A stretch of 63,734 bases of DNA, the filler included, from Rhabdomonas costata (taxonomy: Eukaryota), in the NCBI GenBank assembly GCA_019059605.1. It is 29 parts of 29 records of this genome, joined end to end, with 100 filler letters (N's around TTAATTAATTAA, not from the genome) between each part and the next. Parts side by side here need not be neighbours in the genome. Positions count along the whole stretch, not along the records: positions 48,432 to 50,537 come from JAHMHO010005649.1; positions 50,638 to 52,737 come from JAHMHO010005650.1; positions 52,838 to 54,937 come from JAHMHO010005651.1; positions 55,038 to 57,137 come from JAHMHO010005652.1; positions 57,238 to 59,335 come from JAHMHO010005653.1; positions 59,436 to 61,535 come from JAHMHO010005654.1; positions 61,636 to 63,734 come from JAHMHO010005655.1; 22 more parts are not named here. The stretch is one strand, 5' to 3'. A model generated the notes under the pieces. It was not told where the DNA came from, ran no database searches, and saw only the letters and a program-made list of their open reading frames with translations. Below, in pieces: positions 49,001 through 62,238 of this stretch (the first letter of the stretch is position 1; each line of letters starts with the position of its first letter). The position numbers were made by a program, and so were the translations under genes.

Positions 49001-52000
49001 GTGGACTCAGAGGACAAACATTAACTGGCATTGGCGCAGGGTGACCCCTTCGCCAACGCCAGTTAGTTTGTGGTTTTGGTGGAGCTCGTGGGGCTTCACG
49101 CTTTACATTAGCTGCTGCCTCTCTACCGGCCAGCGCTGCTTCCCTTGTTGTTGCGGTTTCCCCAGACTGTTCTCGAAAGCCAGGGGATGTTTTCAGTTTG
49201 CGCTGTGAACATTATAGAAGTTCACAACCTTTTGCCGAGAACTTTGGTACTCTTTTTTCTTCTGAGGCCAGAGCAAAGTTTTTAGCAGCCGGATGTTTCG
49301 TTTTAATGACGAAACTTTCCCCAAACCCCTTATCGGCTTTTGTTCCCCGTACGGTTACGTTTCTTGTCAAGTGGTGGCAAGCGCACGCCAATGACGATTT
49401 TTCTTCCTGCTTCTGCAGTTGCCCCAAGCAGCGCGTGAACGTGCTGTTAGAATCGAACACGTTGCGGTCGAGTGATGCATTTTGGTTTGAAAAAGACCCA
49501 CCGATCCACCTAGGCTTCTGCCCTGCTCAGACCGGAGATCCCTCCGCTTTTTGTACCGGTTTTGTTGTGTGCTATAGCATTTCATTTAAATGACGTCCAG
49601 CGAATTTGTTGGGATGACCGTGACTGAGCCGCAGGGCCTCTCCCGGCGCGAGGAGGGACGCCTCGATGCCATCTTGCTGCGCCAACGGCTGCTGTCTCGC
49701 TTTGGTGCGTGTGCGTGTCTGCCCTTCGGATACTAACACCAACCAATCTCAAGTATCCTTCTTCTGTCCAAAACCCATTGCCCGAACTAGGAACTAGGCG
49801 GAGAGGGGCAAGGGAATTGTCCAAACGATGTGGGTGCCGTTGGGAATCCATCCTCTGGCTGCATCTCCAGGATTTGTGATATCTTGAGGGGTCTTGGGAT
49901 TATGCAATCCTTTCTCCTGGTGTCCATGGCACCCCGTTTCCTAATTGGGGTTATTCTTTCCCAGAGCTCTTCATTGCTTGAGCTCAAATTTACAATCTTT
50001 GGGCGATGTCTAGAGCTCTTGACCCCCGAATTTTTCAGCTGACCCTTCGCACCTGCTGTGGGAAAGCGAGCTGGCCTCAGCGTCCTCGCGCGGGGCCTAC
50101 TACCGGAGCAGCCGCGACTGCGATTGTGAATGCGAGGTTGTGGTGGGGTCGGCTGTTGCAACACGCCCTCCGGAAGGGGAAGAGCCACTCACCAGCGTCA
50201 TTGAGCGGAATGCGTTGGAGGCGAGGTGGGTGACTTCTCTCTTCCTTTCCTTTTGTCCTGGAAGATCCGAAATATGCATATTTGTATTACTGTGGTTGCG
50301 ATTCCAACCTTTCACTTTCCCTCCAGCAAAGGCCTCAAGTTTTTTTTAATGTTGTTGTTGTTGTTGCCGGCAAATGTTCTTCACCTCACCCGTCAGTTGA
50401 GGCAGACTATTTGCCTTGTAGGCTTCTATCCTTGAACTCCCCCATCTCTTGCTCCCGCCGTTTTCGCTTTTCTTTTCGGTGCGTTCTTGGGTGCCTGGCT
50501 ACCCTTTGAGTTTTACGGATAATGTGGCACCACACCCNNNNNNNNNNNNNNNNNNNNNNNNNNNNNNNNNNNNNNNNNNNNTTAATTAATTAANNNNNNN
50601 NNNNNNNNNNNNNNNNNNNNNNNNNNNNNNNNNNNNNGGGGGTTGGGAGAAAAATGAATAGACGTTTTTGCGGAGAAGAGAAAAACCACCAGCCAACCTC
50701 TATCGTAGTCAAGAATAAATCGTGGTGGCTTCCACTGCCTTTTCCCGAAGTCCTTCCTCTTCCTTCAGCTCCAGCCGGCAGAAGCGTCTCTTCACCGCTT
50801 CATTTCCACCCACCCGCTCCACACAGGCCGAAAATGAACATCCACAACCAGACCATGTCAAGCCAAAGGCTCGATCTTTTTTGCTCAGAAGCCGTTTTCC
50901 CTGTGGGGTGTAGCGCGAGCGGGCCTCTTTCGGCTTAGCCCAGGCTGAGCCACCAAAGCGGTGGCGGCGGGAACATCGCTGTCGTCCTGCAGGGCAAGCC
51001 CCACTTCACCCGTTGTGGCGGCGGCTCGACCGACCGACTCGTCTTCGCCATCTGCAGAGGAGGAGCAACCAAGCTGGGAACACAGGCATCCACCCACGCG
51101 CATTTCCCTTTCGCGCAAACTGTGAACAATGCTGACTGCTGTCGCTGCAAAAGTGTGCATGCCATAGAATGAAGCTCATCGTGCACCATTACCCACGAGA
51201 CCTATAAGCACCAGCTCGCCGTAACATGCACACATCCTCGTTGCTTTGTTGTGTCGATTGTGTGCAAAAAGTTTTAAGCAAAAAAAAACAGCACTGTTTC
51301 AAACCCTTCATTTCACGCCGGAAAAAGCGCCAACGAAAACTGAAAAGGACCCTTCTGCGAAGAAGGCGGTTGACGCTGAATCGCCTTCTTCTAACCATGC
51401 TCATGCTGGGTGGGAGTAATAAATAGGCGCATTATAGGGCATTATGGGGACCTCCCCCCCATCAAGTGCATTTTGAGGACCCCATAACACCAGCACAATC
51501 AAGTCTAAAATTAGGACATGACAGAAGATCTAGCGGGGGGTTAGGGACTGATGCGCATGTGTGGGTCCTCATTATGCCAGACCACCTAAAAATATGAGGA
51601 CCGCTGCAAGATCCCTATTCCCAGTGTTTCCCTCTGTCGCCTGCCCACAGCAGAAAGGAGCTCGATTTTCTCTTTGGGGCTCCCTCCCTGCTCGCAGGAC
51701 ACTAGGCTTGCTTTGTTTCTTGCCCTTTAACGTTGCGACGGGTTTAATCTTCAACTCATCACCGTGAAAACTTTTCGTCATTTGATAAATATGATACTTG
51801 CATTCCGTCTTTTGTCTCTTGCGGTGCGGCTCTTCAGCTACAGCCTTCTTTTCGTTTTCTGAAATATTACAAATCCCTTTTTCGGACGGCAAAAAGGAAA
51901 CACGGCACAACCTGCTTCGGTGGCGGGGCGAACGACGAAGTTCGGGGGTAGCTCCGCCACAAAGGCACACCCCAATCGCATCGCCGTGGCATTCTCGGGG

Positions 52001-54419
52001 TGTGCCTGCGCAAATGAAGACACGCGGAGATGCTAGGAGCGTAATGCACATAATATAAACCGTTTTGCCGCACCATCACAGAAGCCAAGCCTCATTTCCC
52101 CCCAAGGGCAAGCCCCAATGTGCTCCAGCCCCTGGGCCTCCTCGGGAACTTTCCTTCAATGCCACCATGACTTTGCACACTTACCTTTTTGGGGGTGCAG
52201 GGGGGGTGGGGTGTTCAGAAAATGAAAGTGGGTAAGCACGGAACCCACCTGGCACAGCGTGGGAAGATCGGAGGTTCGCAGGAAATACTCCACCTCCTCA
52301 CTTGAGAGTAGCCTGAGCGGCAAAAAAAATCATGATGAATCTCACACCTCCCCCATTCATCGAGTCGAGACAATTAGATCAACGAGGATCAAATTAATTC
52401 ACTGACTGTGGGGGCCGCGCATATCGACGCTCTTTCAGCCCAAATCGTGCTGCTCCGCCTGGGAATCATGTTACGGGTTGGTCAGCTTTCTCGTTGACAG
52501 AGGTTCGGCGGGGTCACAGGGCAGCATCTCAATGTCCTTAAGACAGGAGAACAATATCCGATATGTATGTCAGAGAGGACGAAGCCGATTTCTCAGTGGG
52601 CCTCCCGAAACGCTGCGCAAATGGTTTTCGCACCCTCAATCCGGTACCCATCCGTGCCTTTTGGCCGCAACTTTCCCCAGTAAAGCGGTGTATCGGTGTA
52701 CCCACAATGCATGTGCAAGAAACCCACCTGCCTCCGTNNNNNNNNNNNNNNNNNNNNNNNNNNNNNNNNNNNNNNNNNNNNTTAATTAATTAANNNNNNN
52801 NNNNNNNNNNNNNNNNNNNNNNNNNNNNNNNNNNNNNGGTGGTGTGGATTTAACCACTGATTCTTACCCAACCCGCAAGCATGCCAACCACGAAAAAAAT
52901 GATGAGGTCACTGAACCATCAACAGGACACATCCAAAATCCCCCTCAATTGATTCGGTGGCTTTCGAGAAAGCGGTAGGGGTGTTTTTAGTCGACTGTCA
53001 GACACTGAGTCGATCGCACGAGCCTAAAAGTTAAAGCGTGCACGTTTACAGACGCGGAAGTATGGTACGTGGATGTCGGTCGTTGGTGAACACACAAGCG
53101 CGGAGGAGCACGTACGAGTTTGTTTATTTTTATCCCTATTTCAACCACCAATCCACCACCAATAAGCGACAGAATCCGCTTAGAAGAAACCTCTTGAGAC
53201 CTCAAGCTTCGTTGCGAGGAATATCCAGCGCTACAGCGAGCAAACGACACCAGATGTGCTAACTGCTCGGCTCCTACATCTACAGCAATACAAACTATGA
53301 ACTTGGTTTGGAGGCGGTCGAAGGCGTACCTAGCACGAACGTGTTCAGAGATAGTTCAGGCGAGAAAACCAGGAACGCGGAAATGGAAGCAAAGGGGCAC
53401 TATTCTTAGCAGGCGGGGTGAAATCAACCAGGCAAGAAGTATCCAGTGGGAGGTGGAACGGCAAACGGAGCACGCAAACGCAAACAAAACAAGAATCCAA
53501 GAAGAAGCACACCGAGAATATGGAATGGTTATCATACGTTATTTTTGCGCTGGGTGAGGGTGGGGTGCTCCTATTTTCTTGGGATTCAGCGGAATTCTGG
53601 ACATGGGCGCAGCGTAACAGTTTACCTTGCACCATAGCCTGGCAGTACGCAGCAGCGGTAGCACAGAAGCACCATAGCCGGAGCCAGCGGAAGGTTCAGA
53701 AAAGCCTTTGGTGCAGGAAATACCGCATGTGCATCACCACTTCATGGCCTTGACCTACCATTCGCGCATTCGCGCTGCGGTGTGTAGTTGGACCGCCGGC
53801 AAATATCGGTACAATTGCAGGTTGCGTAAAAGCACATGACGAAGCACATGGAAGTTGGGGGCCAGTTGTGCAAACGGATTTTGAGAGTGGATGAATGCAT
53901 TTCCAAAGCATTTTTTCTGCCTTTGTGGTGCGACCGAAATGAGAAATCCACAAAGTTGCACATCAACAATTGCTGTACATGCTCATCGACCTGTGCGCTT
54001 GCGGTAAGAGAATGGCACAAAGGAAGCGAGCACGGAACCACAACACGGTCTTAACCCACCACTTTGCCACTTCAGCAAAGCCAATCATGGGGGCAAAACC
54101 GAATTGTGATCGGATAAAGCAGGGGCACAAATGCCAAGAACACAAGCAGAAGCAAAAAAGGGCCCCACCAACACGATTGCACCCAGCCGATCATTCAAAA
54201 ACTTAATTTTCATGGTGAAGGCGAGGTATATAATGAAAGTTGCCTTCACAAACGCTCCCAAATTCCAGTGCCAGTTCGAATAGAGCTCCAGCACATGAAA
54301 CAAAATAAAATCGGACATTTCCGCGGCGCGGTGCGGAACTTGTAAGTACAGGGAAACGGCAAACGAAAGGGGAACCGGCTGTGTCTTCCTAACCCGCCAC
54401 TTCGCATAAGCACTATAAC

Positions 54420-54734
54420 TCAGCACCGCTCCTCGGCTTCTGCGGCGGGAAAGCGATGATAGGCCTCAGTTTTCACCATGCCGCACTTGCGCTTGTAACG
54501 CCCACATAACACCACAGTCAGGAACACCACCGCCATCGCTATGCAGGCACGCCCAAACAGCCACCCACCGGCTACAAACAACGTGGGGTTGTGGTAGAAC
54601 CTCGGCACTTGCACCGTGATCACCTCGTCGACGGAGGTAGGACGGAAGTAGTAGGTCCTATTGTCATTGCCACAGGCACTTGATAAACAATCCCACCCTT
54701 TCGATACATCCATTATGCATAAAACCAGAGCCAT
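54420..54734 (-). CDS. Possible small single-pass membrane protein or terminal exon
   Basis: Hydrophobic run ACIAMAVVFLTVVLC followed by basic GRYKRK and a stop; no family recognised. Confidence 0.35.
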   Translation of the reverse strand: MALVLCIMDVSKGWDCLSSACGNDNRTYYFRPTSVDEVITVQVPRFYHNPTLFVAGGWLFGRACIAMAVVFLTVVLCGRYKRKCGMVKTEAYHRFPAAEAEERC

Positions 54735-55324
54735 TGTTGCCGTAGGCAGGTGTGGATCAGGCGGAAGGTGAGGAGAGGAAAAGGGCTCTGCCTGTGGCTC
54801 CCACTTTTCCGTCGAGTCGAGAGTTCCACCATTTCTTCTCAAATTCAGCCCCTGCCGCGTCTTCTCACCCTTCACAAATGCATAAGTACCTGAACAACCC
54901 CCAAGCTAAAAAAAAGAGGCCCAAAATAAAACACACANNNNNNNNNNNNNNNNNNNNNNNNNNNNNNNNNNNNNNNNNNNNTTAATTAATTAANNNNNNN
55001 NNNNNNNNNNNNNNNNNNNNNNNNNNNNNNNNNNNNNTGTTTGTTTTAAGTTTCGCGACTGCTCGAGACACTAATGTCCTCCACCGGGCATCTGCTCGCC
55101 CCCATCTTCCTCAGGAGAATACCTGGTTGGTATGGTGCCAGTGTGCCTTCAGCCTAATGCTTTATCGAGGCCAACGTGAGAATGTTAGACCGTTACATGG
55201 ATTCGGGCTGATTTCGGTGCGGTATCCGTGAAAGTGTTTACCCCTTCACACCCAGGTCAGTGTGTGCACGTGGATGTGTGCTATGTGCTATGGGTATAGC
55301 CAGCCGCCTCGCCCCTTTCCGCAG

Positions 55325-56860
55325 GGCTGCGGGAATGGGAGCCAGCGCTCGCGAAGCACCCCTCCGGCCCCGGCGGCCTCGCCCGCAGTGACGCCGCTGT
55401 ACAACTCCACCGGTCACGACAACGACGAAGAGGAGCTCCCGCTGGGGCAGCCACCGCTGGAGGAGGAGGACGACGACGAGCAGGAGGGCGTCCCCAGGCA
55501 GGGTTTCCCTGATGCGGACTTCCTTTCCCCTATGCAGCACCCCCCTCGGGGAATCTTGAAGAAGGTCTGCAGCCGTCGTGCATTTTGAAGCAATGAGTTA
55601 ATCTGGGGAAGGCAGGGGGTATCAGTGTTCTGGCTGGAGGAGATCGAGTCAAAAATATTGCCTGTGCCACCTTAAAAGGGATAGAGGTGTACTCTAGCTA
55701 GTTGTTTATCTCAAACGCGATATTTCCTGTGGGAAAAGTTGGCTGTGGGATTTCTGTTGAAATGCCGCAGTTTGAGCATGGTTGTTAGTTACACGTATAT
55801 CCGCGCAACAGCACACCCAAAAGGCCATATAATCCTTTTCTCGCTTGGTATGCAACGTGATAGGGCTAAATAATTACAGGAGCACGGGTATTCCAATGGC
55901 TTGTTCAGATGTTACCCCTTACATGCACACGCACGCAGACACGAACATGCGCACGCGATTAAGCTCATGGCTTAAGGAGGGTTGCTCCTTTACCACCGTC
56001 TCCTGGTCTATGGGCAAAGGTATTATATCGCCGGCTTGTCAGGAAGTTGGCCATTTGCACAAGTGCCTGGGGCTGCTGCTTGGATTGTAATATGTCAGAA
56101 GTGAGAGGTGAAAAACGGCAGCCAGCATCACACCCACAGCAGAGCATGTCTGCAATGATGTGCACGACGGGCAACTATGACGCTCCCAAAGCAAGAATTA
56201 GCAGCCATGCTAACAAAGTAAAGTACTCGACTATTAGCGTGTGTGTGTGTGGGGGGGGGGTTGCAGACGAGGGACGGGTATCGGATGCCCAAGGCGGTGC
56301 ACTTCGGGCCTTCTTCGGAGAGGATTTTCCACACCCCGCAAGAGGTCCACACCAATCCCTCGCCGCCTTTCCTGTGCTCCACTGTGTGCCCATTCCACCT
56401 CATGCCATTTCACAAGCTGTTGTTCTTGTTCCATTGTTCGAAGTAAGATCAATCAATTTCTATGGGCTGGTCCCAGCCATCATGGACCGCCTTGGGATAC
56501 AACGATATTTGTCCATCATTGGAGGAGCGGAGAAGGGCGGGGGGTGACATGGATCCCACGATCCCAACCCCTGCTCTTTCTTTGCCAGCCACAACAGTGG
56601 CTGAGAGGAAGTGAGGTCATAAGCCATTTTGATCAAACAAGTCAAAGCAGTCCGCTCTTGCGTTACCTTCCACGGCTTTTTCCCCTCATGCAGAGGCACC
56701 TCACCCCACCACCATCATCGATTTCTGTCCCTTCTCTTGTCTCTTGTTATGTGGGGGCACTGGACAGCTGACTTGCCGGTACACGGTGTTCTGGGAGGCC
56801 ATCCAGGCCAAGCTGAGGGAGGCCTACCGCCAGCAAAGCCGGCAAAAGGAACAGCTCCCG
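55325..56860 (+). CDS. Unknown protein with acidic tract and GILK / KAVHF motifs (exons 55325-55564, 56267-56344, 56768-56860)
   Basis: Three phase-0 exons flanked by AG and GT give an open product: ...RGILKK|TRDGYRMPKAVHFGP... Confidence 0.65.
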
Positions 56861-59800
56861 GTATTATCGCGCCATTCCTGGTTCACCTTCCTTCCCTCAC
56901 ACCCACAAACCCACCCGTGGATGCAAAACTGGCCCGTACGCAGTTGGATTCTCTGGTTTGCCGCTCTGAAGGCTCGGGTCGATTCCCCATCCAATGCTCA
57001 CACACCAGCGGATCGCACCGTAGAACCGCCGCAACGGTAGCAGCATCGCCATCGTTCACGCCACTGACATCATCCACCACCATTGTCTCGTATTACAAAC
57101 AGACGTTCAAGAGATATCGCTCTTTCGTCTCACCAACNNNNNNNNNNNNNNNNNNNNNNNNNNNNNNNNNNNNNNNNNNNNTTAATTAATTAANNNNNNN
57201 NNNNNNNNNNNNNNNNNNNNNNNNNNNNNNNNNNNNNGCCTCGGAACTTCGCCCGGGCTACATCTCCGCCTGGTTTAATTATCCAGCACTCCCCCATTTG
57301 TGAAGGGTTTTCGTAAATTCCCAGGAACGTTCTTTCCTGTCGGATCTGCATTTCCTCGAGTTCACGTTCCCACGGGTCTCCATTTTGCATGTGTGTGTGT
57401 TTGCGGGTGCGTCTCGTGTGAGCGCATTGTCTTCGTATGCGGGTCACAAGACGTGTGCGGATCCTTGGGATCCAAAATCTCGCCCAATGGGGGCCTTCCC
57501 GTGGTGGCTGTCCCTATTTAACATCTGGCATAACATATCATAATAATATATAGAGGAAAGGAGAGGGAGGGGTGGGGGACCAACGGGTTCGATAACCTCG
57601 AACCGAACCGCACACAGAGTGAGCGCAGTGGGCCCTACAATCTAAATTTTCACACACAAAAGAAACGAAAAATAGTAGGAGAAAAAGTCGGGTCCAAGCC
57701 GGGGCAAAGTCCCACCCCCTCGCCAATAGTTTTTGAAGAGCCGACTCTTGCGCCGCTTTCAGGTAACACAGGGCTATCGTTAGTCTGCTCGCGAGCTCTG
57801 AAAAGGGTCCGAAACCGAAGCACTCGACGAGCACAAAGTCAGTTCCGAAAAGCGGGAAAGTCAGCGTACATCTCTGCGCAGAGTGCTGCACAAGGTCAAG
57901 AAGATGGAGGGTGGATTGCACCATCCACCATCCCATCCTCTTTCCTTTGCGGATGAGAAAAACAGCGACTGCGCCGCGAGATATGGTTCGCATGGATTTG
58001 CGCCGAAAAATCCTCCTTGGGGGGAGAGTGGAGAGCGCGACTCATTATCTTTCATTGGCAGAGCTGAAGCGCGTGGCGTGCATGTCTGTGGAGTGCACCA
58101 CGGTGGGGGTACCGTGGGATGTCTACATGTACAGTTTACAGGAATTGGTCTTTTGCACAATAGCAATACACAGCCCACCGGCTACACAACCGTGTAGTGA
58201 AACATAAGCTAAATGTGCGGGACAGCTGGGATTGGATCAGTCCCACCACGGGGCGCACTGCGAGCAGCATGCGGAGCTGCCCAGTGGGGTCCTTCCACAG
58301 GGTGGTAGCCACTGCCTCTGCCGCTGCTGCTGAGTCGCCTCTGCCCCAGCGGCCACTCTCGAAGACCTTCGCGGCGCTGCAACAGGAGGAAGGGCCAGAA
58401 ACCGAAAAGGAGGGCAACCACCGGAACAACATAATCTCAACGTTAAAAAGTCAACGAAGAGCCACGGACGGTTTTGACCAAATTTCCATTTTCCATCACT
58501 ACACAGGGGCACCGCATTTGCATCTGCGCTGGTCCAGCGGTTCTCTTCTCTGTATCGAGTTTTTATCCCGCCACGGTGAATCCGCACCGGATGTCTTTCC
58601 CCTTCTTTGACAGTTGCTTCGAATCGAACTTTGACAGTGCACAAAATTTCAGAAAACCCCACTGGGAAGCGTGATGTAAATGGATTAGTGCGACAGACAC
58701 AAACGTTCCGTGAAGCTGCTGGGCAAGAAAAAACATTTGAACTCCTACGAGGTAGACCCGAGCGAAAGCCACGGGCCTCTGCACAGCTGCCCCGTGGTGT
58801 GTGGTGTGGAGCACGGCCCCGATCCGGACACTGCACTCAGCACAGCTGGCGGCTTTTGTCATTCCTTCAAAACAAAACCTGCGAAAGAATGCTCACAACT
58901 TTCATGGAAATTTAGCTTAAGGGTCCCAAGGCGCCATAGTATCTCTCAGTTAATGGTGGTGTACAGGAGGCCAACGACGGTCATCCGGGTCGGATGAGAT
59001 ACCCCGCACACTGAGCTGGGTGTGAAGAGAGAACACTGGTACGGACACTGTCAGGCACCGAGGTCGGCTCGAATCCCTATCATGGTCTAACACGCTGGTC
59101 TCGATTAGGCGTTCGGCTGGGGCAACTCTAGCCCCACCCCAACCAGGACTTCCCCTGTGAAACAAGTGGGGCAGCAGGCCTGGTTGGGGACATGAGTTGC
59201 CTGGAGATGACGCAGTCTCGAGCAGTCGCGAGACTTAAGACTTAAGATTATGACTGAGAAAGGTTTATCTCTCTCTCAAAGATACCGCAACAACACACAC
59301 ACACACACACACACGCACACACACACACAACCACCNNNNNNNNNNNNNNNNNNNNNNNNNNNNNNNNNNNNNNNNNNNNTTAATTAATTAANNNNNNNNN
59401 NNNNNNNNNNNNNNNNNNNNNNNNNNNNNNNNNNNTGTGGGGTGTGTTTGGGGTTTGTTGTTGGACAGTTCTTATTTCTAGGTCAAGATATTTCAGTGAA
59501 TTCTTTCCAGTGGGTCCAGCTTAAATTGCCAATGTTTGAACCATCAGAGTTAAACTGAAGTTTACCTCATTTCTTGTGCTGGTCCCGTGATTGTTGGTCC
59601 TTTTTGTCCTTCGACACCGTGCCCTTGCCTGCACTGGTGTCATCCAAGATGCCAGCGTATTGTGGACCTGCTAGAGAGTTCAGCGAACGTCAACACCAAA
59701 AGGTATCTGCTGAAACGGTATTCAGCGCCATGGACAACGTATGGGTTCTTTTGGAAGATTCTCAAAAAGAAGCACAAGACACGCAAGCAAGCAATCCTCT

Positions 59801-62238
59801 GCTTTGTTTTGGTTTTCGTGCAGAACTGAGTGTTAGCTCTCGCGACCGCGTGTTCTCCGACGGCGCCTTTCCTCCGTCTGTGGCCTCGCACACGTGTGCC
59901 CTTGTTGTCTCTCCTTTGAGTTATCAGCCCCACATCACGCTCTCCCGTCCTCGATTGCCCGAGAACAACAAAGACCGGTGATGGTTTGCATTTGCAACAT
60001 ACGTGTCACCAGCACGCTTGGGGTCGCGGTTGTTTGTGACGTGTGTTTCTTTTAGGATTTGGGTTTCGTGGAATTGCCGATATAGCACTCTCTTTTTGCT
60101 TTTCTGTTGGGTAGAAACTCAGCAAGATGTCCCCCAGAACGGAGGGCTTCCCTCGCTCTTCCGCTCATTTCGGTATGCCGTTTTTTTGTCATACGTTTGT
60201 CTCCGTGTGCCTGCAATAAAAAAAATAGTTACGCCAGCGGCAACGTGTGAATTGTTGCCTTGCTTTCTTGCTGGGTGCGTGTCACCTACGCGTCAGTTGG
60301 GTTTTTTGTGGGAACAGAAAGCAATTAAGAAACTAATTGACAGAATGCACGCATTTTCGTGACTTTTCAAACTGAACTTAGAGCATATCGCTTGCTGCTT
60401 TCCCCCGCCCCTTTCAGCCCTCATTAGAATTTTATATAAAGAAGGGGGGGGATGGCAAACCAAGCCCAAAGCAGACTGGCGGACCCTCTTCTTACTGTAG
60501 TTTATTCGGCGCTCTCGCCCTTAAGCTCAGCACAACTGCAAAGTTGAAAAAAGCGACCGGACCACCCCAATGACGGATGTCAAAAAATACGTTCTACTCG
60601 CACTGGCACTTGCCCTGGTTAATTGTGCGCGATTAAGCGTGTTGAATTAAGGTGTTTTGCGCCTAATTCTGTGGTATAGGGATCCCTGACAGCCAACACC
60701 CCTCGACATCCACAGAAACAAGAAGCCATGATATATGCGCGTAGAAACAGTGACATCACGAAGCCATGGTACCATCCTTCACCCCTCCTTAACCACCGTA
60801 AGACACCCTAACACCCTTTCACACACCTAGCCAATGCACATACGTCTAGAATCAGCACCAACATCAGCCATTGCATCATCCTTGAGACAGAAACCGAGAC
60901 ACCAACACCCTCTGACACGCTGACAACAACAAGCACTATACAAGCAGTAGCAACAACACCAACAACAGAAGCACTTTCGAAGCAGTAGAGACAGAGACCG
61001 TAACGCCAACACACCAACCCTTAGAGATACGCTTACACAAACACCCATCAACACAACCCTTACAGATACGCTTACAGGAACAGAGGAAGCAAGGCATGAG
61101 ACCGTGAGACCGAGTGAGCATGGTTGAGGAAGGCCATGAGACACAAACAGAGGCAGAGACCGTAACAGCACCAACACCATACCCTTACAGACCGTAACAC
61201 CAAGACACCATCAACATCGTAAGCACTAACGCAACACACACCATCAGCCAACATCCATCGCACCATCAACCACTACGCCTCGACCCACCAACATCGCATC
61301 AACAACAACGGTAACGCTAAGCACTAACAGTAACAGCAACACGAACAGTAACAGGAACACTAACAGTAACAACAACACACCCTACGCGTAACAAGAACAA
61401 GCACAGCCAACCAGTAACCCTACGCACCAACCTACCAACACTACAGAAGGAACAGAGACAGGAACAGAGACAGAGTCAGCATGGTAAAGAGTGAGCATGG
61501 TTAAGAGTGAGCATGGTAGAGAGAGAGCATGGTAGNNNNNNNNNNNNNNNNNNNNNNNNNNNNNNNNNNNNNNNNNNNNTTAATTAATTAANNNNNNNNN
61601 NNNNNNNNNNNNNNNNNNNNNNNNNNNNNNNNNNNAAATCAAGCCCCAAAAACGTGAAACGTAAAAAGAGAGAGAGAGAGAGAAACCCTGCGAACAATCG
61701 AATGTGCATTTGTCCAAACACAGTACACCCACACACATATTCACACCTCTCCCTTTTCCCTTTCTCACTTCCCTTGCACCATGAATGCAGCAGCGGAAGC
61801 CTTGCTGAGGTCTGGGCCTCCTTGCCCTTGAAGTGAAATTAGGATGCCCTCCGAATGCCTCAGGTGAAGTGGGGATGCAACACTCCAGAATACAGGCAAG
61901 AAAAGACCTTCCACTCCAAAACGTCAGAAAAGAACCACCGCTTTTATGGGATTTGGGGGACAGAGACGCCACCTGAGCTACGAGCTTTGTGTTGCAAAGG
62001 GTAGTGTGTGTCCAGCACCATTACCCTCTCCTTCCAAACAGCTACGATTAACTTCAAACCTCTGGGTTGCGTTCACGTCATCTCTTGTGCGGAACAGTAA
62101 CTTATTCATCCATCCACAACACGGTACTTCGCTAGAATTGTGTGCCACCAGTTGGTGATATGTGGTGCAATGGAGAAGTCTGTGTTGCGGAAGCTTGGTT
62201 TGGATTCCTCCTCGTCGTCCTCACTCACTCACTCTCAG

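Noticed and set aside
2104..61635. Regularly spaced TTAATTAATTAA repeats suggesting a CRISPR-like array or nanochromosomes
   Set aside because: Always embedded in fixed N runs, so it is an assembly linker. The uniform ~2.1-kb size reflects length-sorted contigs.
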